Of a stretch of 64,000 nucleotides of DNA, positions 26,696-36,365 are shown piece by piece (position 1 is the first letter of the stretch; each line of letters opens with the position of its first letter). The notes under the pieces were generated by a model. It ran no database searches, was not told where the DNA came from, and saw only the letters and a program-made list of their open reading frames with translations. The position numbers and the translations under genes are program-made. The DNA comes from Patescibacteria group bacterium (lineage in GTDB: Bacteria > Patescibacteriota > Patescibacteriia > UM-FILTER-42-10): contig JAHJEX010000074.1 in NCBI GenBank assembly GCA_018825385.1, positions 997-64,996 of the forward strand, read 5' to 3'.

Positions 26696-27796
26696 ATGAA
26701 AACAAGGAAAAAAATTTTTGTCGCAATGAGTGGTGGCGTCGATTCCTCAGTAGCAGCCTACTTATTAAAAAAGCAAGGACATGATGTTGTTGGTGTCTTT
26801 ATGAAAAACTGGACAGAGACTCTAAATAGCGAAAAAAACGGCTTTACTAAGGACTCAGAGCTTTGTCCTTGGGTTAATGACCAGGAAGACATGAGAATGG
26901 TTTGCAATAAACTACGAATTCCATTTTATACTTTCGATTTTGAGAAGGAATATAAGGATAGAGTAATTGAGTATTTTTATAGCAGCTATGAAAAGGGGAT
27001 CACTCCAAATCCTGATATAATGTGTAATAAGGAGATAAAGTTTAATTTATTTTTGAAAAAGTGCATTTTACTTAGAGCGGATTTTATAGCAACCGGACAC
27101 TATGCTCAGATAAGGAAGATTAGCACTGCCGGAGAGCAAAAATATGAGTTATTAAAAGGCAAAGACAAGACCAAGGATCAATCATACTTCCTCTGTACCC
27201 TCACACAAGCCCAGCTGGCAAAAACGTTGTTTCCTGTTGGGAAATATGAAAAAATTCATATTCGATCAATTGCTAAAAGAATTAAATTGCCAACACACGA
27301 CAAGAAGGACAGCCAGGGGATTTGTTTTATTGGTGAAGTTGATTTACGCGACTTTCTTAAAAAGCGTCTAAAGGAAAAACCGGGGGAAATTGTTGCCACT
27401 ACCGGTGAAACAATTGGTAATCATATTGGACTAGCGTTCTATACAATTGGACAGAGAAAAGGAATAAATATCGGTGGTGGAATCCCTTACTACGTCGTAG
27501 GCAAAGAGACTAATAGTAATCAGCTAATTGTTGCACGGGGAAGTCATGATCCAAATCTGTTTAGCAAAACACTATCTGCGAGTCAGATTCATTGGGTTGG
27601 CGACACACCAAAATTTCCACTGAAGTGCGCGGCAAAAATTAGATACCGTCAATCTGACCAGAAAGTTACTATTAATCTGCTTACTAAAAATGTAATCAGC
27701 GCTGTTTTTGAGGAACCTCAAAGAGCTATTACCCCAGGTCAATCGATTGTGTTATATAAGGGCGCAGTTCTGTTAGGCAGCGCAGTGATTACTTGA
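26696..27796 (+). CDS. mnmA: tRNA-specific 2-thiouridylase.
   Basis: PP-loop AMSGGVDSSVAA and the C-terminal MnmA fold. The start was taken at the third Met of the track ORF (MKTRKKIFVAMSGG). Confidence 0.85.
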   Translation: MKTRKKIFVAMSGGVDSSVAAYLLKKQGHDVVGVFMKNWTETLNSEKNGFTKDSELCPWVNDQEDMRMVCNKLRIPFYTFDFEKEYKDRVIEYFYSSYEKGITPNPDIMCNKEIKFNLFLKKCILLRADFIATGHYAQIRKISTAGEQKYELLKGKDKTKDQSYFLCTLTQAQLAKTLFPVGKYEKIHIRSIAKRIKLPTHDKKDSQGICFIGEVDLRDFLKKRLKEKPGEIVATTGETIGNHIGLAFYTIGQRKGINIGGGIPYYVVGKETNSNQLIVARGSHDPNLFSKTLSASQIHWVGDTPKFPLKCAAKIRYRQSDQKVTINLLTKNVISAVFEEPQRAITPGQSIVLYKGAVLLGSAVIT

Positions 27797-27828
27797 AACT
27801 ACCCGTATCATAATGTACAATTAGTTGT

Positions 27829-29592
27829 ATGACAGAACTTGAATTAAGAAATAAATTTTTAGAATACTTTCGAAAAAAGAAGCATGCAATAATTGCACCT
27901 GCTTCTTTGATTCCTGAAAATGATTCCTCTGTTTTGTTCACGACCGCCGGCATGCATCCTTTGGTGCCGTATTTATTGGGTGAGATACATCCTGAAGGGA
28001 AGCGTTTGGCGAATTTCCAGAAATGCATAAGAACTGGTGATATTGATGAAGTCGGTGATGATTGGCACCTTACTTTTTTTGAAATGCTTGGCAATTGGTC
28101 ACTGGGCGACTATTTCAAAAGTGAGTCTATTAAGTGGAGTTATGAATTCTTAACTAAGGAACTTGGAATTCCAAATGAAAAACTGGCTATTACAGTGTTT
28201 AAGGGAAACGACGATGCTCCTTTTGATAAGGAAAGTTTTGAGCTATGGAAGGACCAGGGAATTAGTGAAGACAAGATATACATGTATGGGAAAAGTGAAA
28301 ATTGGTGGGGCCCAGCCGGCATTACTGGTCCTTGCGGTCCTGATACGGAAATATTTTACATTACTAACAGAAATCCATGCAGCAAGGATTGCCAGCCAAG
28401 TTGCAACTGCGGAAAGTATAACGAGATCTGGAATAATGTATTTATGGAATACAACAAAATAAGTAATGGTGACTATGAACCCTTATCACAAAAAAATGTT
28501 GATACAGGAATGGGATTAGAAAGGACTGTTGCTATTTTGAATGGGAGGAACTCAGTATATGACATAGACTTATTTAAGCCCGTTTTTCAGAAACTGAGAC
28601 AACTATCTTCTATAACAGATTTAGTGGCAGAGCGCGTAGTTATTGACCATGTTCGATCAGCCTGTTTTTTGCTACTAGAAGATATTGTTCCTTCCAATGT
28701 TGATCAAGGCTATGTATTGAGAAGACTGATTAGACGTGCGATAAGGCAAGCGCGTAAACTTGGTATAAATACTAAGTTTACTCAAGATATTGCAAACGCA
28801 ATCTTCGAATCGCATATTGAATTATACCCCGAAATTAGCAAGAAGAAAGAATTTATTTTGACGGAAATGCAGAATGAAGAGGAAAAATTTGCAAGAACTT
28901 TGCAAAAAGGTTTAAAGGTGTTCGAAAAAGAGTTAGAAATATTTAAAAATTCAAAGAAAAAGGAAGATAAGTTCTCTGGTAAAGCTGCTTTTTACCTGTA
29001 TCAAACATACGGATTCCCAATCGAAATGATTGAGGAAGAGCTTAAGGATAATGACATTGAGCTAAATCGAAAGCAATTTGATACAGAGTCTAAAAATCAT
29101 CAGAAGCTTTCCCGAAATGGTGCGAAAAAAAAATTCGCAGGCGGATTAGCAGACCATTCTGATGAGACAATAAAACTTCATACGGCAACACATTTACTTC
29201 ATCAAGCTCTTCGATTAGTTTTAGGGGAACATGTAATGCAAAAGGGGAGCAATATAACAACTGAGCGTTTGAGGTTTGATTTCACGCATCCTCAAAAGTT
29301 GACTCCCGATGAGATTATCAAAGTTGAGACCCTTGTTAATGAACAGATACAACGAGCTTTGCCAGTAACTGTTACTGAAATTACGGTAGAAGAGGCTAAG
29401 CGGAAAAATGCGATCGGTTTGTTTGAAAAAAAATACGGTACGAAGGTCAAAGTCTATAAGGTAGGAGATTTTAGTATAGAAATATGTGGCGGTCCCCATG
29501 TAAGCACTACAAAAGAGCTAAATAGCTTTAGAATTATAAAAGAACAAGCTGTCTCCGCTGGAATTAGAAGGATTAAAGCAAAAGTGCAGTAA
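27829..29592 (+). CDS. alaS: Alanine--tRNA ligase, short form (catalytic + tRNA-recognition + editing domains, no C-Ala domain).
   Basis: N-terminus FLEYFRKKKHAIIAPASLIPENDSSVLFTTAGMHPLVPYLLGE. Editing-site HTATHLLHQALRLVLGEHV. Only 587 aa. Confidence 0.85.
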   Translation: MTELELRNKFLEYFRKKKHAIIAPASLIPENDSSVLFTTAGMHPLVPYLLGEIHPEGKRLANFQKCIRTGDIDEVGDDWHLTFFEMLGNWSLGDYFKSESIKWSYEFLTKELGIPNEKLAITVFKGNDDAPFDKESFELWKDQGISEDKIYMYGKSENWWGPAGITGPCGPDTEIFYITNRNPCSKDCQPSCNCGKYNEIWNNVFMEYNKISNGDYEPLSQKNVDTGMGLERTVAILNGRNSVYDIDLFKPVFQKLRQLSSITDLVAERVVIDHVRSACFLLLEDIVPSNVDQGYVLRRLIRRAIRQARKLGINTKFTQDIANAIFESHIELYPEISKKKEFILTEMQNEEEKFARTLQKGLKVFEKELEIFKNSKKKEDKFSGKAAFYLYQTYGFPIEMIEEELKDNDIELNRKQFDTESKNHQKLSRNGAKKKFAGGLADHSDETIKLHTATHLLHQALRLVLGEHVMQKGSNITTERLRFDFTHPQKLTPDEIIKVETLVNEQIQRALPVTVTEITVEEAKRKNAIGLFEKKYGTKVKVYKVGDFSIEICGGPHVSTTKELNSFRIIKEQAVSAGIRRIKAKVQ

Positions 29593-29630
29593 TTACTAAT
29601 ATTGCTAAAGTTAGCTAAATACTAGCTTTC

Positions 29631-29658
29631 TTGACAGTTTTTCAACTCATGTTATAAT
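29631..29658 (+). promoter_or_regulatory. Sigma70 promoter TTGACA-16-TATAAT (extended -10 TGT) for the infA-ribosomal operon.
   Basis: TTGACA at 29631-29636 and TATAAT at 29653-29658, preceded by TGT. It leaves a ~115-nt leader before infA. Confidence 0.5.
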
Positions 29659-29776
29659 GAGTCATACTTATGCAAACAGATGAGTTACTGCAGAACAAGG
29701 CAAATAAAATACAAATGTATTAATTCTTGTCCTATATGCAGGGGGCAAAGATTTTATTTTAGGTCTAAAACATAAT

Positions 29777-30055
29777 ATGCCTGAAAACGGTACACAAAAT
29801 ACAGATTCTGCTGAGGACAAAGGAAAGTCAAAAGCTTCAACAAATAAAAAAGGTTTTATTGAAGTTACTGGTGTGGTGGAAGAGCTTCTGCCCAGTACAA
29901 CTTTTAAAGTTAAACTTGAAAACGGCCATGAAATATTGGCTCATTTATCAGGAAAAATGCGCATGCATAGGATAAGAATTCTACCTGGTGACGAGGTAAC
30001 GGTGGAAATAACTCCGTATGACCTGACTAAGGGTAGAATAACTTATAGAAAATAA
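29777..30055 (+). CDS. infA: Translation initiation factor IF-1 (with ~20-aa N-terminal extension).
   Basis: S1-like core [42 protein letters not shown]. Confidence 0.85.
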   Translation: MPENGTQNTDSAEDKGKSKASTNKKGFIEVTGVVEELLPSTTFKVKLENGHEILAHLSGKMRMHRIRILPGDEVTVEITPYDLTKGRITYRK

Positions 30056-30066
30056 ATCGGTTCTAC

Positions 30067-30180
30067 ATGAAAGTACGTGCTTCCGTAAAAAAAATGTGTA
30101 AAAAATGTAAAGTAACTCGACGAAAAGGCCGAGTCGTTGTGATATGTGAGAATCCCAAACATAAGCAGCGACAAGGATAA
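30067..30180 (+). CDS. rpmJ: 50S ribosomal protein L36.
   Basis: Unlisted 37-aa [40 protein letters not shown] with the zinc-ribbon C..C..C..H pattern, in the conserved position between infA and rpsM. Confidence 0.85.
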   Translation: MKVRASVKKMCKKCKVTRRKGRVVVICENPKHKQRQG

Positions 30181-30186
30181 AAAGAT

Positions 30187-30576
30187 ATGGCAAGAATAGC
30201 AGGGGTAACTCTCCCGAAGGAAAAAACAATAGAGACAGCGCTAACATATATTTTTGGAATTGGAATAGTTTCATCTCAAAAGATTTTGAAGCAGGCAAAC
30301 ATTAAGCCCGGAATAAGGACCGGAGAGCTATCTGATGATCAGGCTAATGCATTGAGAGAAATTATTGAAAAAAACCACAAGGTAGAAGGTGATTTAAAAC
30401 GCGAAATTCTAACTAATATTAAAAGGCTGAAAGAGACAAACAGTTATCGTGGGTCCCGTCATGCCAAGGGGCTACCTGTGCGTGGTCAGAGAACAAAGAC
30501 AAATACACGCACTGTTCGTGGAAATGTCCGCAAAACTGTTGCTAGTGGTAGAAAACAAGCTGATCAAAAAACATAA
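30187..30576 (+). CDS. rpsM: 30S ribosomal protein S13.
   Basis: [26 protein letters not shown] start. Basic C-terminus. Confidence 0.9.
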   Translation: MARIAGVTLPKEKTIETALTYIFGIGIVSSQKILKQANIKPGIRTGELSDDQANALREIIEKNHKVEGDLKREILTNIKRLKETNSYRGSRHAKGLPVRGQRTKTNTRTVRGNVRKTVASGRKQADQKT

Positions 30577-30590
30577 GATTAAATTAAAAT

Positions 30591-30980
30591 ATGGCTACAG
30601 CAAAACCAGCAAAAAGAAAGAAGAAAAATAGGGTACTTACCAGTGGGCAAGTTCATGTGCAAGCAACTTATAATAATACCATTGTTACGCTTTGTGATAT
30701 GAATGGTGATGTTGTTGCTTGGGCCTCTGCTGGAGTTGCTGGATTTAAGGGACCAAAAAAAGCAACCCCATATGCAGCAGGTGTCATTGTGCGAAATTTG
30801 CTTGATAAAGTCGCTGACTGTGGCCTTCGCGAAGTGAATGTATTTATCAAAGGTGTTGGTAGTGGCCGAGAAGCAGCAATTCGAGCCCTAAGCGCCCAGG
30901 GTATAAATATTTTGTCAATTAAAGACGTAACTCCAATTCCTCATAATGGACCACGTCCACGTAAACCAAGGAGAGTATAG
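30591..30980 (+). CDS. rpsK: 30S ribosomal protein S11.
   Basis: VHVQATYNNTIVTLCDMNGDVVAWASAG...KGPKKATPYAA. Confidence 0.9.
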   Translation: MATAKPAKRKKKNRVLTSGQVHVQATYNNTIVTLCDMNGDVVAWASAGVAGFKGPKKATPYAAGVIVRNLLDKVADCGLREVNVFIKGVGSGREAAIRALSAQGINILSIKDVTPIPHNGPRPRKPRRV

Positions 30981-30982
30981 CT

Positions 30983-31609
30983 ATGGCCCGAAATCTTGAT
31001 CCAAAATGCAAAAGATGCAGAAGAGAGGGTGAAAAGCTCTTTTTAAAAGGTGAGAAATGTTTTTCGCCAAAATGTCCGATGGTTAAAAGGAACTATCCTC
31101 CTGGAATGCATGGACCGAAGCAGCATAGAGCTCGTCGAACACAATATGGTATTCAGCTAAGGGAAAAACAAAAGGTCAAAACTATTTACGCGGTTCTAGA
31201 GCGACAATTCAGAAATTATGTACTTAAGGCGATGAAAAATGATGGTGACAGCGGTGAAAACCTGATGAAAATGTTAGAATCTAGGCTTGATAATGTTGTT
31301 TATAGATTTGGCTTTGCAATGTCGAGGGGCGTAGCTCGCCAATTAGTTTCGCATAATCATATCTTAATCAATGGAAAGTCAGTAAATATTCCTTCTTATA
31401 ACGTGAAGATGGGCGATAAAGTTTCAATTAGAGAAAAAAGTAAGAAGATGTTTGAAAATTTGGATAAAAGTACGCAGAAGAGCGAAACTCCTACCTGGCT
31501 AGAATGTGATTTGAAAGGGCTGGAAGGCAAGGTCTTGGGTGCCCCTGCTTATGATGATATAAAACAAAATATTAATATCCCATTAATTATAGAATTTTAT
31601 TCTCGATAA
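30983..31609 (+). CDS. rpsD: 30S ribosomal protein S4.
   Basis: N-terminal Zn-ribbon CKRCRREGEKLFLKGEKCFSPKC and an S4 RNA-binding domain. Confidence 0.9.
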   Translation: MARNLDPKCKRCRREGEKLFLKGEKCFSPKCPMVKRNYPPGMHGPKQHRARRTQYGIQLREKQKVKTIYAVLERQFRNYVLKAMKNDGDSGENLMKMLESRLDNVVYRFGFAMSRGVARQLVSHNHILINGKSVNIPSYNVKMGDKVSIREKSKKMFENLDKSTQKSETPTWLECDLKGLEGKVLGAPAYDDIKQNINIPLIIEFYSR

Positions 31610-31637
31610 CTATTTGATAACTTAATTATCTAGACAC

Positions 31638-32432
31638 ATGATAGAAATCCAACTTCCTCAACAAATAAAATATACTGAAACGGACGAAAAATCTGGAATT
31701 ATAGTGGTTGAACCACTACATCCTGGATATGGTTTAACAATAGGAAATGCACTCCGCAGAGTACTCATATCATCACTGCCGGGATCTGCTGTAACAGGCA
31801 TTAAGATCAAGGGTGCTGACCATGAATTCTCGACTATTGATCATATAAAAGAGGATGTAGTAGATATAATTTTGAATATCAAGCAGTTGCACCTCAAGCT
31901 AATAAGCGGGGACATCGCAACAATAAACTTGAAGGTTAAGGGTGAAAAAATTGTTACTGCCGCAGACATTAAGGAGACAGCAGATGTCGAAATTACTAAC
32001 AAAGAACTCGTAATAGCGACCCTAACTGATAAAACTGCTGAACTAGATATGGAGCTAACCGTAGAGAACGGACTTGGATATTTTCCTGTGGAATCACGAG
32101 AGAAAGAAAAATCTGAAATTGGGGTAATTGCAATAGATGCAATATTTACCCCGGTTTTGAAAGCACGTTTTGATATTGAGAATGTCCGTGTAGGTAAAAT
32201 TACCAACTACGACAAATTAACGCTTGAGATTGTAACCGATGGAACTCTAACACCAACAGAAGTGTTCAAAAGCGCTTCTGCGATACTGGTAGATCACTTT
32301 GATTTTCTTAAAACCTATGACAAGAAAAAAGAAACAAAGAAAGTCAAAGAAGAAAAGGGTAGTGAGGACGATAAAGACACAGAGCAGTTGGAGGAAGATG
32401 AGAAAAAAGATAAAGATGTAGCTAAAAAGTAG
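31638..32432 (+). CDS. rpoA: DNA-directed RNA polymerase alpha subunit (N-terminal domain only, charged tail instead of alpha-CTD).
   Basis: Alpha-NTD motifs GYGLTIGNALRRVLISSLPGSAVTGIKI. 264 aa, ending in the K/E/D-rich tail KKKETKKVKEEKGSEDDKDTEQLEEDEKKDKDVAKK. Confidence 0.85.
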   Translation: MIEIQLPQQIKYTETDEKSGIIVVEPLHPGYGLTIGNALRRVLISSLPGSAVTGIKIKGADHEFSTIDHIKEDVVDIILNIKQLHLKLISGDIATINLKVKGEKIVTAADIKETADVEITNKELVIATLTDKTAELDMELTVENGLGYFPVESREKEKSEIGVIAIDAIFTPVLKARFDIENVRVGKITNYDKLTLEIVTDGTLTPTEVFKSASAILVDHFDFLKTYDKKKETKKVKEEKGSEDDKDTEQLEEDEKKDKDVAKK

Positions 32433-32440
32433 ATTGTAGT

Positions 32441-32809
32441 ATGAGACACAAAAAATCAAAAGGAATTTTAGATAGAAAAAAGGCTTCGAGAAAAGCTTTG
32501 ATGAGAAGTCTCGCCGAGAGTCTTGTTGTACAAGAAAAAATAACAACTACACATGCAAAGGCAAAGAATCTGAGGTCTTATGTAGAAAAACTGATCACTT
32601 TGGCCAAGGATGAAAATGTTTTGAATAGAAGGACTGTAATTAAATCATTATATACCGAACGTGCTATAAAAAAGTTATTTGTTCTGGGCACAAGATTTAA
32701 GGATAGACCGGGCGGTTATACAAGAATCACAAAGATTGGGAATAGAAAAGGAGATAACGCATCTATGGTAAAAATTGAATTAGTATCTCAAAATGAAAAG
32801 CAAAAATAG
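32441..32809 (+). CDS. rplQ: 50S ribosomal protein L17.
   Basis: MRHKKSKGILDRKKASRKALMRSLAESL...TRITKIGNRKGDNA. Confidence 0.9.
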   Translation: MRHKKSKGILDRKKASRKALMRSLAESLVVQEKITTTHAKAKNLRSYVEKLITLAKDENVLNRRTVIKSLYTERAIKKLFVLGTRFKDRPGGYTRITKIGNRKGDNASMVKIELVSQNEKQK

Positions 32810-33170
32810 TAACGTGGCTCCAAAACCACATGTATATAGAATCGATGCTGAAGGTAAGCCTTTAGGTAGAGTGGCGTCTGACATTGCCTTTTCTGTGCAG
32901 GGAAAGCGACTTGTTGAATATTCACCAGAAAAGCTATCGAATGTTGTTGTAGTTGTTTCAAACGCGAATAAAATTGTAACTACTGGAAATAAATTAGCGT
33001 CAAAACTTTATCATAAATATAGTGGATATCCAGGCGGGATAACAACAAGAAACATGGAAGAGTTATTTACTAAAGACCCTGAACAGTTTTTATTAAAAGT
33101 TGTGAGAAATATGCTGCCAAAAAATAAATTGCGCCCAAGAATGTTAAAAAAAATTCAGTTTAAAAAATAG
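32793..33170 (+). CDS. rplM: 50S ribosomal protein L13.
   Basis: HVYRIDAEGKPLGRVAS start pattern and RNMLPKNKL. Confidence 0.85.
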   Translation: MKSKNSNVAPKPHVYRIDAEGKPLGRVASDIAFSVQGKRLVEYSPEKLSNVVVVVSNANKIVTTGNKLASKLYHKYSGYPGGITTRNMEELFTKDPEQFLLKVVRNMLPKNKLRPRMLKKIQFKK

Positions 33171-33176
33171 ATCTGT

Positions 33177-33680
33177 ATGACTCCTACTAAAAAAACTACG
33201 GCAAAAACTACTGCTACAAAAAAAAGAGGGAGGCCTCGAAAAAGAGTAGTAGAGAAAAAAGTGACAGAACCAAAGAAAAAGAATGTCATAAAGCGTGATT
33301 ATCTTTTTGCTGTGGGAAGAAGAAAGGAATCAGTTGCCAGAGTAAGACTGTATCAGAAGAAGCAGGGAGATATCGAAATAAACACTAAGAAATTTGAGGA
33401 TTATTTTCCGACTTTAAATTTGCAAAAAATTGTAAAAATGCCTATAGAACTTGTTTCTCAGGAACCTGGCAAAATTACCGTAAAAGTGTCAGGTGGAGGA
33501 AAGCACGGTCAGGCGGAAGCTGTTCGACTGGGGATTGCAAGAGTTTTAGAAAAATTCAATCCGGAGCTCAGAGTACAATTAAAAAAAGCGGGGTTTCTAA
33601 AACGTGACCCTCGAGTTAAAGAAAGAAAGAAATACGGCCTAAAGAAGGCAAGAAGAGCTCCGCAATGGGCAAAACGATAA
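33177..33680 (+). CDS. rpsI: 30S ribosomal protein S9 (with Lys-rich N-terminal extension containing an AT-hook-like RGRPRKR).
   Basis: S9 core GGGKHGQAEAVRLGIARVL...KKAGFLKRDPRVKERKKYGLKKARRAPQWAKR. Confidence 0.9.
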   Translation: MTPTKKTTAKTTATKKRGRPRKRVVEKKVTEPKKKNVIKRDYLFAVGRRKESVARVRLYQKKQGDIEINTKKFEDYFPTLNLQKIVKMPIELVSQEPGKITVKVSGGGKHGQAEAVRLGIARVLEKFNPELRVQLKKAGFLKRDPRVKERKKYGLKKARRAPQWAKR

Positions 33681-33690
33681 TGCAATTTCA

Positions 33691-35145
33691 ATGGAGAAAT
33701 CCTCAAATGGCAAAATAGCCCGAAATACAACCTTTTTGACAGGAGCCTTTATTTTTCAAAAGGTTCTGTCTTTTTTTTATTTTGCATATATTTCACGACA
33801 GTTAGGTAGCGAAAGTATAGGAAAATATGTTTGGGCACTATCTTTCGCAGGAATTTTCGCACTCTTTATTGAGTTTGGATTAGGCCCGGTGCTTACGCGC
33901 GAAATATCCAGAGACTATAGCAAGGCAAGAGAATATTTATCTTCTGTCCTCGGCATTAAAATAGTTTTTTCCTTAATAACCGTTACTGCTCTTCTAATTT
34001 CAGCATATGCAATCGGCAGAGATGCTCTTACAATGCAAATTATTTGTATTGCTGTAGCAATAATCGTCCTGGATTCATTTACTTTTTCATTTTATTCTAT
34101 TTTCAGAGCCTACCAAAAATTGCATTTTGAGGCTATCGGGTTAACAATTTATCAAGCGTTAATTGTAGGATCAGGTGTCGCTGGTATTGTGTATGGACTT
34201 TCTGTAAAAGGTGTTGTTTTGGCAGTTTTGATTGGAAGTGTATTCAATTTTGCTTATTCACTTTCTCTGGTTGTTTTTAAAGCTAAGCTTCGTCCAAGGA
34301 TACGCTGGAATACTAAAGTAGTGAAGCTTCTTTTGAAAATTGCTATTCCGTTTGCTATAGCAGGAATATTTTTCAAATTGAATAATGAGATAGACAAAGT
34401 TTTACTTGGTATATTGGCAGGGGATAAGTATGTAGGATGGTATTCGATTGCTTCGAAATTCAATATGTCGCTAACATTTATTCCGGGTGCTTTTGCGACG
34501 AGTTTTTTTCCTGCTATGAGCCGATATTACCTGACTTCAAAAAGTGAATTGGCGCACACTTTCGAAAAAGCTATGATATATCTTATGGCAGTTAGCTTAC
34601 CGATTGCCGCGGGTTCTTTTGTTCTTGCAGATAGAATAATATTGAAGCTCTATGGGCCAGCATTTGAAGCATCAATTTTGGCATTTCAAATAATTATATC
34701 CGGTCTTGTATTTGTCTTCTTGAATTATCCTGTAGGAAATTTTCTTAACGCGTGCAACAAGCAAAAATTAAACACGATTAATATGGGAATCGCTACTGCT
34801 GTTAATATTATTCTAAATGTTGTACTAATCCCAAGATATACATATATTGGTGCAAGTATCGCTGCAGTAACAAGTGCAGTTGTGCTAGTCTCACTTGGCA
34901 TGCCATGGGTGAGCAAGATCGCACCATACAGCAAGAAGCTTCTATTATCAAAATTTATAAAGCTTGTATTTTCGAGTGGTTCAATGGGAATTCTGCTTTA
35001 CCTCTTTCGGGATACATTCTCAGTCTTATTGCTTATGCCAATTGGCATGGTAATCTATTTCGTACTAATTTTTGCTGTCCGAGCAGTCACAATAAAAGAT
35101 GTGACGGCAGTTTTTCGTGCAGTGTTTAGAAAGCAAAATGCTTAA
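33691..35145 (+). CDS. MOP-superfamily oligosaccharide/lipid-linked glycan flippase (Wzx/MurJ-like).
   Basis: 484 aa with ~14 TM helices. The N-terminal pattern resembles Wzx polysaccharide-biosynthesis proteins. Followed by GT4 and GT2 genes. Confidence 0.7.
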   Translation: MEKSSNGKIARNTTFLTGAFIFQKVLSFFYFAYISRQLGSESIGKYVWALSFAGIFALFIEFGLGPVLTREISRDYSKAREYLSSVLGIKIVFSLITVTALLISAYAIGRDALTMQIICIAVAIIVLDSFTFSFYSIFRAYQKLHFEAIGLTIYQALIVGSGVAGIVYGLSVKGVVLAVLIGSVFNFAYSLSLVVFKAKLRPRIRWNTKVVKLLLKIAIPFAIAGIFFKLNNEIDKVLLGILAGDKYVGWYSIASKFNMSLTFIPGAFATSFFPAMSRYYLTSKSELAHTFEKAMIYLMAVSLPIAAGSFVLADRIILKLYGPAFEASILAFQIIISGLVFVFLNYPVGNFLNACNKQKLNTINMGIATAVNIILNVVLIPRYTYIGASIAAVTSAVVLVSLGMPWVSKIAPYSKKLLLSKFIKLVFSSGSMGILLYLFRDTFSVLLLMPIGMVIYFVLIFAVRAVTIKDVTAVFRAVFRKQNA

Positions 35146-36268
35146 AACACTTTTAATTACAACTGATTTTCCACCGCGCATTGGTGGTGTGGCAGAATAT
35201 CTTTCACAAATTTCTTCGCGTTTACCCTCATCAAGCATTTCAGTTTTTGCTCAGCCAGAAAAAGACTCTGGAAAGTTTGATAGTGAGCAGCATTATAGAA
35301 TATATAGAGAAAATTTTTATTTTACCAGTCATTTTATTTGGCCAAAATGGCTTTTGCTACTATTTAGTGCGCGGAAACTGATAAAAAAAGACGGTTTTCA
35401 GCAAATACTAGTAGGTCAGATTTTGCCAGTTGGGACAGTTGCTTTGTTAATTAATCTTTTTTTTGGCATCCCATATGTTGTCTCAACACACGCGATGGAT
35501 ATTACTATCTTGTCAAACTCACGAAAAAAAACTAGGCTCGCAAAAGAAATTTTAAAACATAGCAGGCAAATTGTTACGGTAAGTCATTTTACAAAGAAAA
35601 AACTGACTGAACTTGGCGTAGAGGAGGAAAAGATTTGCATAATTTCACCTGGCACGGATTTATTGGAGCGCAATACTGAAGATTTTCAGGATAGGATAAT
35701 TGAAGAGTTTGGCCTAAATGGAAAGCGGATACTTCTCACCGTTGGTAGAATTGTTGAAAGAAAGGGTCATATTGAGGTACTAAAATCACTTCCTTTTATA
35801 ATAAAAAAAATCCCGAATACCCATTATATAATAACTTCAAATGGACCGTATAAAAAAGATTTGGAAATATTCATTGACAAAAACCACCTTCGCAATTATG
35901 TCACATTTGTAGGAGAAGTTTCAAGAGATCAGTTGTCTAGCTTCTATCGTCTGGCTGAAGTATTTGTTATGCCAACTATCATGTTAGCTAATAGTGATGT
36001 TGAGGGTTTTGGGATTGTCTATCTTGAAGCAAATGCATTTGGAAAACCTGTTGTCGGCTATGATACAGGGGGCGTGGGTGATGCGATTGTAAACAGAAAA
36101 ACAGGCATTTTAATTGAGCCAAGGAACCCGAGTGAAATCGCAAAAAATATTATCAGACTATTCGAAGATACAAATTACGCAAATAAGCTTGGAAAGCAGG
36201 GCAGGATCCGAGTGGAAAGCGAATTTACATGGGAAGTAAGGGCTGAAAAATTTAAGGATATATTGTAA
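35138..36268 (+). CDS. Family 4 glycosyltransferase (GT-B, GT4).
   Basis: C-terminal EGFGIVYLEANAFGKPVVGYDTGGVGDAI (EX7E-type GT4 motif). Confidence 0.75.
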   Translation: MLKTLLITTDFPPRIGGVAEYLSQISSRLPSSSISVFAQPEKDSGKFDSEQHYRIYRENFYFTSHFIWPKWLLLLFSARKLIKKDGFQQILVGQILPVGTVALLINLFFGIPYVVSTHAMDITILSNSRKKTRLAKEILKHSRQIVTVSHFTKKKLTELGVEEEKICIISPGTDLLERNTEDFQDRIIEEFGLNGKRILLTVGRIVERKGHIEVLKSLPFIIKKIPNTHYIITSNGPYKKDLEIFIDKNHLRNYVTFVGEVSRDQLSSFYRLAEVFVMPTIMLANSDVEGFGIVYLEANAFGKPVVGYDTGGVGDAIVNRKTGILIEPRNPSEIAKNIIRLFEDTNYANKLGKQGRIRVESEFTWEVRAEKFKDIL

Positions 36269-36282
36269 ATCACTCAATATAG

Positions 36283-36312
36283 CCTGAGGACACTACTTAC
36301 CTCGGGTTTTTG
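36283..36312 (+). terminator. Rho-independent terminator after the GT4 gene.
   Basis: CCTGAGG / 11-nt loop / CCTCGGG stem (7 bp, one G-U) followed by TTTTTGCTTTTT. Confidence 0.45.
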
Positions 36313-36365
36313 CTTTTTAGTTTTCCCCTTCTCAAACATTGAGTTTCGATTTATGATAGTTATGT

